Shown piece by piece: positions 63,042 to 64,000 of a stretch of 64,000 bases of DNA. Under the pieces are notes generated by a model. That model worked only from the letters and a program-made list of their open reading frames with translations, made no database searches and was not told the origin of the DNA. Each line of letters opens with the position of its first letter. Within the stretch, counting starts at the first letter, position 1. Source of the stretch: an uncultured Pelagibacteraceae bacterium (GTDB lineage Bacteria; Pseudomonadota; Alphaproteobacteria; Pelagibacterales; Pelagibacteraceae); assembly GCA_902548405.1 (NCBI GenBank), contig CACCRN010000002.1:82874-146873 (forward strand), read 5' to 3'. The translations under genes and the position numbers were made by a program.

Positions 63042-64000
63042 TTAATTTTGATACTTTCTTACATCATCTAAATTACCAGAGATTGCAGCTGCAGCTGCCA
63101 TCCCAGGGCTTACTAGATGTGTTCTGCCGCCTCTCCCCTGTCTTCCTTCAAAGTTTCTGTTTGAAGTAGATGCACATCTTTCCTCTGGTTTTAATTTATC
63201 TGCATTCATTGCTAAACACATAGAACAGCCTGGCTCTCTCCATTCAAATCCTGAATTTACAAATATTTTATCTAAACCTTCTTGCTCAGCTTGTTCTTTA
63301 ACCAATCCTGACCCTGGAACTACAATGGCATTTACATGAGATGATATTTTTTTGTCCTTTAAAATTTTGGCAGCTTCTCTTAAATCTTCAATTCTTCCAT
63401 TTGTACAGCTTCCAATAAAAACTTTATCTATCTTGATATCAGTTGCTGCCATATCAGGTGTTAGTCCCATATATTTTAATGCTCTTTCAATTGAGTTCTT
63501 TTTATCCTCATCTTTTTCATTTTGAGGATTTGGTACTTTTCCATTGATTGTAATTACATCTTGAGGTGAAGTTCCCCAAGTAATCATTGGTAAAATATCA
63601 TTTGCATTAAGATTTATTTCTTTATCAAAACTTGCATCAGCATCTGTTTTTAAACTATTCCAGTATTCAAGTGCCTTTTCCCAATTTTCTCCTTTTGGAG
63701 ACATGGGTTTACCTTTTAAATATTCAAATATTTTTTCATCTGGAGCAATTAATCCAGCTCTTGCACCACCCTCAATGGTCATATTACAAATAGTCATTCT
63801 CTGTTCAACACTCAAAGATCTTATTAAATCTCCAGCATATTCAACTACACAACCTGTTCCTCCTGCAGTACCAATCTTTCCGATGATTTGAAGTATTACA
63901 TCTTTAGATGTTACTCCTAATGGAAGTGTTCCATTAACATTAATTCTAAAATTTTTTGCTTTCTTTTGAACAAGTGTTTGCGTTGCTAAAACATGTTCAA
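63042..64000 (-). CDS. leuC: 3-isopropylmalate dehydratase large subunit (5' end lies outside the window)
   Basis: Frame open to the window edge (EHVLATQTL); [36 protein letters not shown]. Confidence 0.98.
   Translation of the reverse strand, partial: EHVLATQTLVQKKAKNFRINVNGTLPLGVTSKDVILQIIGKIGTAGGTGCVVEYAGDLIRSLSVEQRMTICNMTIEGGARAGLIAPDEKIFEYLKGKPMSPKGENWEKALEYWNSLKTDADASFDKEINLNANDILPMITWGTSPQDVITINGKVPNPQNEKDEDKKNSIERALKYMGLTPDMAATDIKIDKVFIGSCTNGRIEDLREAAKILKDKKISSHVNAIVVPGSGLVKEQAEQEGLDKIFVNSGFEWREPGCSMCLAMNADKLKPEERCASTSNRNFEGRQGRGGRTHLVSPGMAAAAAISGNLDDVRKYQN

Overview
A very AT-rich (roughly 29-30% GC by eye), gene-dense core-genome window from a SAR11 / Pelagibacterales alphaproteobacterium. 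The assignment rests on gene content and order (chvGI, regA, class I LysRS, SAM-II-metXW, dmdA-hydrolase-dmdB-dmdC) and near-zero intergenic spacers. It holds about 56 CDS: an RND permease (5' truncated), peptidoglycan recycling genes, ahcY, chvGI, polA, bioY, regA, a decarboxylase-DHS-agmatinase polyamine operon, rpmB, pyrD, lysS, trkH, ampG, tyrA, hisC, metXW, gloB, rplU-rpmA-obgE-proBA-nadD-rsfS-ctpA-rppH, and a ~29 kb minus-strand run (leuCDB, DMSP demethylation genes, asd, sdhCDAB, mmsA, mdh, sucCDAB, lpdA, priA, atpHAGDC). I saw no tRNA, rRNA, CRISPR array, prophage or IS element. Best leads: (1) both heme-b axial histidines of the succinate dehydrogenase anchor are replaced (SdhC His->Gln, SdhD His->Phe, and SdhD has no His at all) while the quinone-site residues remain, suggesting a naturally heme-free complex II; (2) an attenuator-like leader (34-codon uORF, SD-sequestering stem, inner hairpin plus U-tract) precedes the polyamine operon; (3) an uncharacterised alpha/beta hydrolase sits inside a DMSP demethylation cluster that lacks dmdD; (4) a SAM-II riboswitch has an atypical expression platform. 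All alignments were made by eye against remembered reference motifs and need computational confirmation.
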